From Candidatus Eiseniibacteriota bacterium (GTDB taxonomy: Bacteria; Eisenbacteria; RBG-16-71-46): a DNA stretch of 27,025 bases. The notes beneath the pieces are model-generated. The model saw only the letters and a list, made by a program, of their open reading frames with translations. It was not told the DNA's origin and searched no databases. A program made the translations under genes and the position numbers. The stretch is taken from positions 1 through 27,025 of the forward strand of contig JANLWX010000086.1 of NCBI GenBank assembly GCA_031364845.1. The letters run 5' to 3'. Shown here in pieces: positions 8,445 through 18,191 of this stretch (its first letter is position 1; each line of letters opens with the position of its first letter).

Positions 8445-9452
8445 TCACCTGACTTTAGGACGGCGAGGCCAACTTAGTCTTAGTGGGGACTGCCACCTCA
8501 CCGCGCTCCAGTTACTGCCGTCGTAGTGGAGGAGCGTCCCCTCGTACCCGACAGCGTATACATCACGCCCCGAGCTTCCCCATATTCCTTGAAGGTCCGC
8601 CTGTGTCCCGCTGGTCTGGCTGCTCCAGGTGACACCGTCGTAGTGCAGGATCGTCCCACCGTACCCAACTGCGAACACGTCCGACCCTGAGGTCCCCCAC
8701 ACATGCGAGAGAATAGCCGTCGTCCCGCTGGCCTGACTGCTCCACAGACTGCCATCGTAGTGCAGGATCGTGCCGCCACCTCCTACAGCAAAGACGTCGG
8801 CCCCCGAACTTCCCCACACGCCGAAGAGATACCCCGTCCTGCTGACCTGAGTGCTCCATGAGCTGCCATCGTAGTGCAGGATGCTTGGGCCGACGGCGAA
8901 TACGTCGCTCCCCGAGCTCCCCCATATTCCCCTCACTGCCGCCGTGTCGTTCTGGGTGCTCCAGCTGTTGCCGTCGTAGTGCAGGATCGCACCACCGCCG
9001 CCCATCCTACGATCTCCCACCGCAAAGACGTCGCTGGCCGAGTTGCCCCACACGTCAAATAGCTCTACTCCCGCCGCACTTCTGACTGCGCTCCATCGGG
9101 TTCCGTCGAAGCTGCGATGCAGGATCGTGCCGTGATCGTATGGAAAGAATCCGACCACGAACTGTTCGGTACCCGAGTTGCCCCACATGCTGGTGAAGAA
9201 TGCTGTGGCATCGTTCGTGATGGGACTCCACTCATGGCCGTCGTAGTGAAGGATGAGGCCGTGCCATCCATCTTGAGCGAGACTCAGTCCAACCGCATAG
9301 ACGTCTGCTCCCGAGGTCCCCCACACGCCACCAAAGTCCGTGATTACACGAGATGAATATGGTTGCGTGGGCTCGCTGCATCCCGCCAACATCAGTACGA
9401 ACCAAACGTGGCCCAGCAGTCTGGCCAAGCGCGCCACTCCATGCGGTTTCAT
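8445..9452 (-). CDS. Putative lipoprotein with about 7 tandem 'WGSSGSDVFAVG..GTILHYDG..WS' repeats (likely beta-propeller)
   Basis: ATG 9452 (MKPHG...) followed by a hydrophobic stretch and lipobox LAG-C; seven 35-45 aa repeats; atypical codon usage. Confidence 0.82.
   Translation of the reverse strand: MKPHGVARLARLLGHVWFVLMLAGCSEPTQPYSSRVITDFGGVWGTSGADVYAVGLSLAQDGWHGLILHYDGHEWSPITNDATAFFTSMWGNSGTEQFVVGFFPYDHGTILHRSFDGTRWSAVRSAAGVELFDVWGNSASDVFAVGDRRMGGGGAILHYDGNSWSTQNDTAAVRGIWGSSGSDVFAVGPSILHYDGSSWSTQVSRTGYLFGVWGSSGADVFAVGGGGTILHYDGSLWSSQASGTTAILSHVWGTSGSDVFAVGYGGTILHYDGVTWSSQTSGTQADLQGIWGSSGRDVYAVGYEGTLLHYDGSNWSAVRWQSPLRLSWPRRPKVR
8521..9255. repeat. Coding tandem repeats, core CGTAGTG(C/G/A)AGGA every 105-135 bp
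   Basis: Cores near 8522, 8639, 8756, 8870, 8975, (9115, degenerate) and 9242, each the antisense of an (I/L)LHYDG codon block. Confidence 0.8.
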
Positions 9453-9794
9453 TTCCTGTGCCTCCGAAAGCAGCGACGCCGAACTACATCTATGCCTGCC
9501 ACCTCGGGACCGCGGCCAACGCGAAAAGAGAAACGCCAAGAACCACGACTCCCCGTCTCACGAACAGCCCTCCCGCCCGACTTCGACTCTCCGCCTGTGT
9601 CTCGACACGTGGTCAACATACACCGCCGGCCGGACGACACTGGGTCTCGTCGTGCCGTGAGGACTGGAACTATCCGAAGTTCGAACCAGGCTGTTCTCAA
9701 GCAGCCGATAGATCCAGCCTGTTCGTCCGTCTACCTTGTACTTGTAGGTTCCGCCCTCCTGAAAGCATCGGTCTACGAGGACGCTGCTTTTGGT

Positions 9795-9959
9795 CTACTC
9801 CGGCCGGGGCTCGACTTCCCTCGGCCGATCGGGCACCTCCGACGGATGCGGCATGGGCGCCTGATCGGGACGCGTCGTCGGAAGATCCGGCTGGACCGGG
9901 ATCTCGTTCGGGGGCATTGGCGGCACTTCGGACGGTCGGGGCGGAACGCGAAGCTGCAT
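9795..9959 (-). CDS. Small Pro/Glu-rich hypothetical protein (54 aa)
   Basis: SD-like GAGGT before ATG 9959; MQLRVPPRPSEVPPMPPNEIPVQPDLP...PSEVPDRPREVEP; directly downstream of the ALDH on the same strand. Confidence 0.45.
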   Translation of the reverse strand: MQLRVPPRPSEVPPMPPNEIPVQPDLPTTRPDQAPMPHPSEVPDRPREVEPRPE

Positions 9960-10019
9960 TCGGGACCTCGGATCGGTGGGGTTGCGGTTCTTGGATGCGG
10001 CCGGGACGCCATGATCCAC

Positions 10020-11447
<1,428 letters not shown>

Positions 11448-11588
11448 GTCGGGCCTCATCGGAAGGGTCGGTGACTGGAGGTCAGGCGAAATTCATCGGC
11501 ATGCAGAGCGGGGCGTATCGGGCCGAAAACCCCAATGGGACTCCCTCCCGCGCTGACGATGCACGCCCAGACCCAAAGCTGGAGAATC

Positions 11589-13823
11589 ATGAACGCCTTC
11601 CAGGCAGGCAATGGCGTCCTTACGGCATTTCTCGAACGGATCGCGGCACTTCATGCGCGCTACCGTCAGGGACAGGTGCACGTGCACCTGCCACCGGCGA
11701 TGAGCGCGCACGACGGACCGCTCGAGGAGATCATATCCGCCTGCCTGCCGGAGTCGAATGCGGCACTCGAAGCCGCGGCACGGAGTCTATTCTTCTCGCT
11801 GCCGGTCGCGTTCGATCCCGCGCATTCGATCGGCCCCTATCTCGCGACCATCGATCGCGACGCATCAGGTGAACCGTATCGCTTCCTCGACATGGGCGCC
11901 CTGATCGCGACGCAGGGTTTCGGCGAGAACGATCCGGCGGTCGTCGCCGCGGTGCTGCGCGAGTTGCCGTACGTCGCGTCGCGCTACGCACACTCCGAGT
12001 ATCAGACCGCGATCTCGTTGCGCATGAAAGCGGAGCTGAACCGCATCGCTCCCAAAGGCACCCCGCGCCACTTCGTCGTCAACACCGGCGCCGAAGCGGT
12101 GGAGAACGCGATCAAGTCGGTGCTGCTCAACCGCGTCCGCACGGCGGGCGAGCGCGACGGCGGCTTCATCGTCTCCTACGAAGGCGCCTTCCATGGACGC
12201 ACGCTCGGCAGCCTCGCCGTCACGCATCGCAAGAAGGCGCGTCTGGGGTTCCCGACCTTCGACTGGCCCGAGGTGTCGTTCCCAGCGGCCGACGCGAGCC
12301 CGCGCGAGACGGCGCGGCGCGAGGAGCGCAGCTTGAAGCAGCTGTGGGATCTGATGGTTTCGGGCCGGCTCCCGCACGCCGAGAAGAATCGCGAGCAGTT
12401 CCGCCGCGAGCTCGATGCGATCGACGGGTTCATCGCGGAGCGCGGCGCCGATGTCGGTGCGTTCGTGCAGGAACAAGGCGCGCTGTTGAGCGCCGATGTG
12501 ATCCGTCGCAGCCGCCGTGTGGCCGCGGTGCTGATCGAGCCGATCCAGGGCGAAGGCGGCGTGCGCATGACCACCGCGCGTTTCATGCAGCGGCTGCGAC
12601 TGTTCACGCGCATCTACGATATCCCCCTCATGTTCGACGAAGTGCAGACCGGCTGGGGCGCGACCGGGAAATTGTGGGCGCACGAGCTGTTCGATCTCGC
12701 ATGCCCTCCGGACGTCGTGGTATGGGCGAAGAAGGCGCAGAACGGCGTACTGTTCGTGAGCGACGAACTGGCGACGTTCTTCCAGGAAGAGAAGAAGTTC
12801 AACACGACCTGGGAAGGCGACTCGGTCGGCATGGTGCGATTGATGGCGCTGATGGATCAGCTCGATCTCGATCAGGTCGAACGCACCGGAGCGCGCGCGC
12901 GCGCCGGGCTCGAAGCGCTCGCGCGCGACTACTCGGGACTGATTCAGAGCGTGCGCGGCGCCGGTGTGATGCTCGCGTTCGACGTCGTACGGAGTGACTG
13001 GCGCGACGTGCTGCGCGATCGCGCGTTCCGTCTCGGACTGCTGATGCTTCCGGCCGGCGACCGCGCGCTGCGCTTCTATCCACGCTACGACACCGAGCCC
13101 TACGCGATCGACGAGGCGCTCGCAATCCTGCGGCGCGCGATCGAAGATGTCCTCGCCGGCCGCGTGACCGTGACCCTCGCCTCGGGCCCCGAAATCCGCA
13201 TCGGCACGCTCGAGTGTCCGATCGAGGCGATCGAAGTGATCGACGTCACCGCTGTGAACTTCCCCGTACTCTCCGCGGGGATCATGGCGGTCGAGGTCGA
13301 ACGCTATGGCGCGGTATCCCAGTATCCGCCCGATGTCCTGCGCGCCGGCCGCCGGCCGCTGGTTCAGTTCCCGGCGGACATGCTCGAAGCGACGCTCGGC
13401 AATCACCGTGCGATCGGCATCGCGCTGCGCGATCAGATCTCCCAGCGCATCGTCGCCTACGCACTCGGCAGCGCGCTCGAGAACCACGACGAAGAAGGGG
13501 TCAGTTCGGATCCCCGCCGCGGCGAGAACAACACGTTCTACCTGCAGGCGCTGGCGACGCTGCCGTCGGTACAGAACCACGCGGCGATCGAGTGCCACCT
13601 GCTCGACATCGTGCGCGAGCGCGCAACCGCCGCAGGCTTCGAGTTCTTCTCCACCCTGATCGAAGAGCGCATTCACCAGAGCGGGCCCGAGTGGTTCCGG
13701 AATGCGCCGATCCTCGAATCCATCGACAACTACCTGCGAAGCGGCGTGCGATTCGTCTACGTGCAGGCCGAGTTGGCGGAGACCGCCGTGAGCGATACGT
13801 CGGACTCCCGTCCCGGAGGTTGA
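11589..13823 (+). CDS. Class III PLP aminotransferase (L-lysine epsilon-aminotransferase-like) fused to a C-terminal GNAT-like domain
   Basis: SD GGAGA before ATG 11589; GAEAVENAIK, AFHGRT, FPTFDWP, IEPIQGEGG, FDEVQTG, AKKAQ (PLP Lys), NTTWEG. An extra ~200 aa C-terminal domain contains IVAYALG and TFYLQALATLPSVQ. Confidence 0.85.
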   Translation: MNAFQAGNGVLTAFLERIAALHARYRQGQVHVHLPPAMSAHDGPLEEIISACLPESNAALEAAARSLFFSLPVAFDPAHSIGPYLATIDRDASGEPYRFLDMGALIATQGFGENDPAVVAAVLRELPYVASRYAHSEYQTAISLRMKAELNRIAPKGTPRHFVVNTGAEAVENAIKSVLLNRVRTAGERDGGFIVSYEGAFHGRTLGSLAVTHRKKARLGFPTFDWPEVSFPAADASPRETARREERSLKQLWDLMVSGRLPHAEKNREQFRRELDAIDGFIAERGADVGAFVQEQGALLSADVIRRSRRVAAVLIEPIQGEGGVRMTTARFMQRLRLFTRIYDIPLMFDEVQTGWGATGKLWAHELFDLACPPDVVVWAKKAQNGVLFVSDELATFFQEEKKFNTTWEGDSVGMVRLMALMDQLDLDQVERTGARARAGLEALARDYSGLIQSVRGAGVMLAFDVVRSDWRDVLRDRAFRLGLLMLPAGDRALRFYPRYDTEPYAIDEALAILRRAIEDVLAGRVTVTLASGPEIRIGTLECPIEAIEVIDVTAVNFPVLSAGIMAVEVERYGAVSQYPPDVLRAGRRPLVQFPADMLEATLGNHRAIGIALRDQISQRIVAYALGSALENHDEEGVSSDPRRGENNTFYLQALATLPSVQNHAAIECHLLDIVRERATAAGFEFFSTLIEERIHQSGPEWFRNAPILESIDNYLRSGVRFVYVQAELAETAVSDTSDSRPGG

Positions 13824-13825
13824 AC

Positions 13826-15301
13826 ATGCGTGAAGCTGCACTGTGGATCGATCACGTCGACGCGCCCGCCGCGGACGGCCATCACATGACGGTCGAGAAC
13901 CCCGCGACCGAAGAGGCGATCGGCCGCGTCGCGCGCGCCCAGCGCGCCGACATCGATGCCGCGGTGGCCGCCGCGCGTCGCGCGCAACCCGGATGGCGGC
14001 GCACGCCGGCGCTCGCGCGGGCGCAACTGCTGCACGAGATCGCGGCGCGCATCCGCGCACAGCACCATGCCCTCGCCGAAACGCTCACGCTCGAGGGCGG
14101 CAAGCCGATGATCGAGAATCTCGACGAGATCGAGTGGGTCACGGCGTGCTTCGACTACTACGCCGAGATCGGGCGGCATTCGCGCGGCAGTTCGATTCCG
14201 CCGGGCTTCGAACACCAGGTGAACTTCACCGTGAAGGAGCCGTACGGCGTGGTGGCGTGCATCGTACCGTTCAACTATCCCCTGCTGTTGATGGCGTGGA
14301 AGGTGGCGCCCGCACTCGCCGCCGGCAACACGGTGATCATCAAGCCCGCCGATGAAACTCCGCTCGCCACGCTCGAACTCGCACAAGCGTTCTCGTGTCT
14401 GCCGCCCGGAGTCGTGAGCATCGTGACCGGCACCGGCGAAGAGGCGGGCGAAGCGCTGGTCTCGCATCCCGGGGTCGATCTGATCGCGTTCACCGGCTCG
14501 ACCGCGACCGGCAAGCGCATCATGCGCATCGCGGCCGACCGGCTGGCGAAGGTCAACCTCGAAACCAGCGGCATCGATCCGTTCATCGTGTGCGAGGACG
14601 CCGACGTGGAGATCGCGGCTCGCGCGGCCGTGTGGGCGCGCTACCTCAACGCCGGCCAGGTGTGCACGTCGGCGAAACGCATCTATGTGGTCGATCGTAT
14701 CGCCGACGCCTTCACGGAACGCTTCATCGCGCACGCACGCGAAGTGCGGGTCGGCGATCCGCGCGACCCCGCGACCGACATGGGACCTTTGATCTCGGCG
14801 ACCGCGCTCGAGCGCGTCACGAAGGCGATCGCGACCGCGGTCGGTGAAGGGGCCACGCTCGTCATCGGAGGCAAGCGGCCGGCGGGACTCGGACGCGGGC
14901 ACTACCTCGAGCCCACGGTGCTCACCGGCGTGCGCCACGGCAGCTCACCGACGCGCGAAGAAATCTTCGGCCCGGTCGCATCGATCGTGCGCGTCAAAGA
15001 CTTCGAAGAAGCGATCGCGTGCGCCAACGACAGCAACTACGGCCTCGGCGCCAACATCTACACCAACAACCTCCGCTACATGATGCAGGCGATGGAGGAA
15101 GTGAAGGCCGGCACGTTCTGGGTCAATGATCCGCTCACCGACAACGAGGCCGGCCCGTTCGGCGGGATGCGTCAGAGCGGCATCGGGCGCGAACTGGGCG
15201 AGGAAGGTCTCGACGCGTTCCGCGAACCGAAGCACGTTCACATCGACTACATCCAGGAGCGCAAGAGCTACTGGTTCCCCTACTCCGATCGGAAGTGGTG
15301 A
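13826..15301 (+). CDS. Aldehyde dehydrogenase (amino-aldehyde dehydrogenase-like)
   Basis: SD GGAGG before ATG 13826; PFNYP, KPADETP, FTGS, LETSGIDP (variant), NAGQVCTS, EEIFGP, PFGGMRQSGIGRE. Confidence 0.92.
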   Translation: MREAALWIDHVDAPAADGHHMTVENPATEEAIGRVARAQRADIDAAVAAARRAQPGWRRTPALARAQLLHEIAARIRAQHHALAETLTLEGGKPMIENLDEIEWVTACFDYYAEIGRHSRGSSIPPGFEHQVNFTVKEPYGVVACIVPFNYPLLLMAWKVAPALAAGNTVIIKPADETPLATLELAQAFSCLPPGVVSIVTGTGEEAGEALVSHPGVDLIAFTGSTATGKRIMRIAADRLAKVNLETSGIDPFIVCEDADVEIAARAAVWARYLNAGQVCTSAKRIYVVDRIADAFTERFIAHAREVRVGDPRDPATDMGPLISATALERVTKAIATAVGEGATLVIGGKRPAGLGRGHYLEPTVLTGVRHGSSPTREEIFGPVASIVRVKDFEEAIACANDSNYGLGANIYTNNLRYMMQAMEEVKAGTFWVNDPLTDNEAGPFGGMRQSGIGRELGEEGLDAFREPKHVHIDYIQERKSYWFPYSDRKW

Positions 15302-15305
15302 CGTC

Positions 15306-16781
15306 ATGACCGATGCGAAGTCGCTCCCGCTCTACATCGGAGGCCGGTTCGTTGCCGGCGCCGACACATCGCAGGCGGTCGTCAATCCGGCGACCGGCGT
15401 CACGCTCGCACGAGCGACGCGCGCGAGCCGCGAGGAAACCGGGCTCGCCATTGCTGCGGCGCGCGAGGCGTTTGATTCCGGGCCGTGGCCCGGCATGACC
15501 GCGATGCAGCGCGGGCAGGTGTTGTTCGAGATTGCGCGGAGATTGCGTGAGAACGCATCCGACCTCGCGCGGCTCGAAACCGAGAACATGGGCAAGCCGA
15601 TCATCGAATCCGAGTTCGACGTCGCCGACGCCGCGACGTGCTTCGAGTACTACGGCGGACTCGCGACCAAGATCACGGGCGATGTGAATCCGGTTCCCGA
15701 CGAAGCGATGAGCCTGACGCTGAAGGAACCGGTCGGCGTGTGCGGACAGATCATCCCGTGGAACTATCCGCTGCTGATGGCCGCGTGGAAGATCGCGCCC
15801 GCGTTGTGCGCCGGGTGCACGGTGGTGCTGAAACCCGCCGAAGCGACGCCGGCCACCGCACTCGAACTCGCGCGGATCCTCGATGGCATCGAGGGATTGC
15901 CGAAGGGTGTGGTCAACGTCGTCACCGGCGATGGGCCGGTCGTGGGCGCAGCACTCGCCTCGAGCGATCTTGTCGACAAGGTCGCCTTCACCGGTTCGAC
16001 CCGCACCGGCCGCACGATTCTACATGCGGCGGCGGACACGAACCTCAAGCGCGTCACGCTCGAGCTGGGCGGCAAGTCGCCGAATATCTTCTTCGCCGAC
16101 GCCAACTGGGAGGCGGCGGTCGAGGGCGCGGTGTTCGGGATCTTCGTCAATCAGGGTGAAGTGTGTTCGGCCGGTTCGCGGATCCTGGTCGAGCAATCGA
16201 TCCACGCGAAGTTCGTGGAGGCGATGGTCGCCAAGGCGAAGACGATCGTGATCGGCGACCCGCTCGATCGCGCCTCGCGCATGGGCCCGCTCGTCACCGC
16301 CGCCCATCGCGATCGCGTGCTCGGCTACGTCGAGGGCGGGCGGCGCGACGGCGCGCGCTTGGTGCTCGGAGGCCGCGCGCCTAACGGCGCACTTGCGCGC
16401 GGCGCGTATCTCGAGCCCACGATCTTCGACCACGTCGATCCCGCCATGACGATCGCGCAGGAAGAGATCTTCGGCCCGGTGGTTTCGGTGATCCCGTTCG
16501 AGGGCGAAGCCGAGGCGATTCGAATCGCGAACGCGACGCCTTACGGGCTGGCGGGTGCCGTGTGGACGCGCGACATCTTCCGCGCGTTCCGCGTGGTGAA
16601 GAAGCTGCGCGTCGGCATCATGTGGGTGAACCACATGCAGCCGACGTATGTCGAAGCGCCGTGGGGCGGCGTGAAGATGAGCGGAGCCGGACGCGAGTTG
16701 GGCATTCGCGGCGCCGACAACTATCTCGAGCAGAAGCAGGTCCACATCAACCTCAACGACAACCCGATGGGCTGGTATTGA
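15306..16781 (+). CDS. Aldehyde dehydrogenase (betaine-/aminobutyr-aldehyde dehydrogenase-like)
   Basis: ATG 15306, 4 nt after the upstream stop; PWNYP, FTGS, LELGGKSP, NQGEVCSAGSR, EEIFGP, PWGGVKMSG. Confidence 0.92.
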   Translation: MTDAKSLPLYIGGRFVAGADTSQAVVNPATGVTLARATRASREETGLAIAAAREAFDSGPWPGMTAMQRGQVLFEIARRLRENASDLARLETENMGKPIIESEFDVADAATCFEYYGGLATKITGDVNPVPDEAMSLTLKEPVGVCGQIIPWNYPLLMAAWKIAPALCAGCTVVLKPAEATPATALELARILDGIEGLPKGVVNVVTGDGPVVGAALASSDLVDKVAFTGSTRTGRTILHAAADTNLKRVTLELGGKSPNIFFADANWEAAVEGAVFGIFVNQGEVCSAGSRILVEQSIHAKFVEAMVAKAKTIVIGDPLDRASRMGPLVTAAHRDRVLGYVEGGRRDGARLVLGGRAPNGALARGAYLEPTIFDHVDPAMTIAQEEIFGPVVSVIPFEGEAEAIRIANATPYGLAGAVWTRDIFRAFRVVKKLRVGIMWVNHMQPTYVEAPWGGVKMSGAGRELGIRGADNYLEQKQVHINLNDNPMGWY

Positions 16782-16783
16782 TC

Positions 16784-18118
16784 GTGTCCGCGATCGCTCT
16801 GCGCACCGAACTGCCGGGCCCGCGCAGCCGCGCGCTCACCGAGATGCGCCGTTCCTGTGTCTCGTCCGGCATTTCAGAACCGCGCCACGGCCTGTTCTTC
16901 GAGCGCGCGGACGGCGCGCGCCTCACCGACGTCGACGGCAACACGTTCCTCGATTTCGCAGGCGGCATCGGTTGCCTGAACGCAGGCCATTCGGCGCCGC
17001 GCGTGCTCGAACGCGCACAAGCGCAACTATCCAAGCTGCAGCATGGATGCTTCATGGTTGTCCCTTACGAACCCTACGTGGCACTCGCGCAGAAACTGTG
17101 CGGCCTCGCGCCGATCACGGGGCCCGCCAAGGCCGCGCTGTTCAACAGCGGTGCCGAGGCGGTCGAGAACGCCATCAAGATCGCTCGCAGCGCGACCGGC
17201 CGCGCGGGTGTGCTCGCGTTCGATCCCGGATTCCACGGCCGCACGCTGCTTGCGATGTCGCTGACCAGCAAGACCACGCCCTACCGTGACGGGTTCGGGC
17301 CGTTCGCGCCCGAGGTCTACCGGTTTCCGATTCCCGACGTGCTGCGGCGGCCGCGCGGGACGTCAGAAGAAGCGTGTGTCGCGCGCGGCATCGAGGAGCT
17401 GCACCGATTCCTGAAGAGCACCGTCCGGCCCGAGCGCCTTGCGTGCATGCTGATCGAGCCGGTGCTCGGCGAAGGCGGCTTCATCACCCCCCCGCCGGCG
17501 TTCCTCGCGGACCTCGCGCGTCTCTGCAAAGAGCACGGCATCGTGCTGATCGCGGACGAAGTGCAGACCGGCTTCGGGCGCACCGGACGCATGTTCGCGT
17601 GCGAGCATTCCGGCATCACGCCCGATCTCATGTGCCTCGCGAAATCTCTGTCGAATGGTTTCCCTCTCTCGGCGGTCGTCGGCCGCGCGGCGCTCATGGA
17701 TGCGCCGCCGCCCGGCGGACTCGGCGGAACGTTCGGCGGAAATCCGGTCGCGTGCGCCGCCGCACTCGGCGCGATCGAGACCATCGAGCAGGATGGATTG
17801 TGCGAGCGCGCGAATGCGATCGGCGCGGCCGTCGGGCGGAGCTTCGCGGATTTCGTCGGGCGGTTCGAGTGCGTTGGGGATACGCGCGGGGTCGGCGCGA
17901 TGCGGGCTCTCGAGCTGGTGAAGGATCGTGATTCGATGGAACCGGATGCCGCCCGAGTCGAACAGCTCATCGTTCGCGCCGCCGCCCGCGGCGTATTGCT
18001 GTTGTCGGCCGGCCTCCACTCCAATGTGGTGCGCACGTTGATGCCGCTCGTGATGACCGACGACGAACTGACCGAGGGGCTCGATGTGATCGAAGCCTGT
18101 CTGGCGGAGGTCGCATGA
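16784..18118 (+). CDS. gabT: 4-aminobutyrate (or 5-aminovalerate) aminotransferase
   Basis: TELPGPRS, DFAGGIGCLNAGH, NSGAEAVENAIK, FHGRT, EPVLGEGG, DEVQTGFGRTG, AKS (PLP Lys), GGTFGGNP. Start GTG 16784 or TTG 16778. Confidence 0.88.
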   Translation: MSAIALRTELPGPRSRALTEMRRSCVSSGISEPRHGLFFERADGARLTDVDGNTFLDFAGGIGCLNAGHSAPRVLERAQAQLSKLQHGCFMVVPYEPYVALAQKLCGLAPITGPAKAALFNSGAEAVENAIKIARSATGRAGVLAFDPGFHGRTLLAMSLTSKTTPYRDGFGPFAPEVYRFPIPDVLRRPRGTSEEACVARGIEELHRFLKSTVRPERLACMLIEPVLGEGGFITPPPAFLADLARLCKEHGIVLIADEVQTGFGRTGRMFACEHSGITPDLMCLAKSLSNGFPLSAVVGRAALMDAPPPGGLGGTFGGNPVACAAALGAIETIEQDGLCERANAIGAAVGRSFADFVGRFECVGDTRGVGAMRALELVKDRDSMEPDAARVEQLIVRAAARGVLLLSAGLHSNVVRTLMPLVMTDDELTEGLDVIEACLAEVA

Positions 18119-18191
18119 AGAGCGCCTTCGCATTGCGAAACGACAACGCGTCCCGCTTCGGGCGGATGAACTCTTTCCATCAGGAGCGTGC

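Noticed and set aside
8521..9255. Regularly spaced CGTAGTGCAGGAT repeats as a CRISPR array
   Set aside because: The repeats are short, about 115 bp apart and in frame within a protein repeat; the intervening sequences are similar to one another; no cas genes are present.
11589..13823. EctB-EctA (ectoine) fusion interpretation
   Set aside because: The motifs are Lat-like rather than EctB-like, there is no ectC or ask, and the neighbours look catabolic. Not formally excluded without a search.
11865..14060. Long antisense or alternate-frame ORFs (also 1642..3471, 5616..6926, 6785..7999, 23314..25836)
   Set aside because: Shadow ORFs of high-GC genes; Arg/Ala-rich and lacking any motif.
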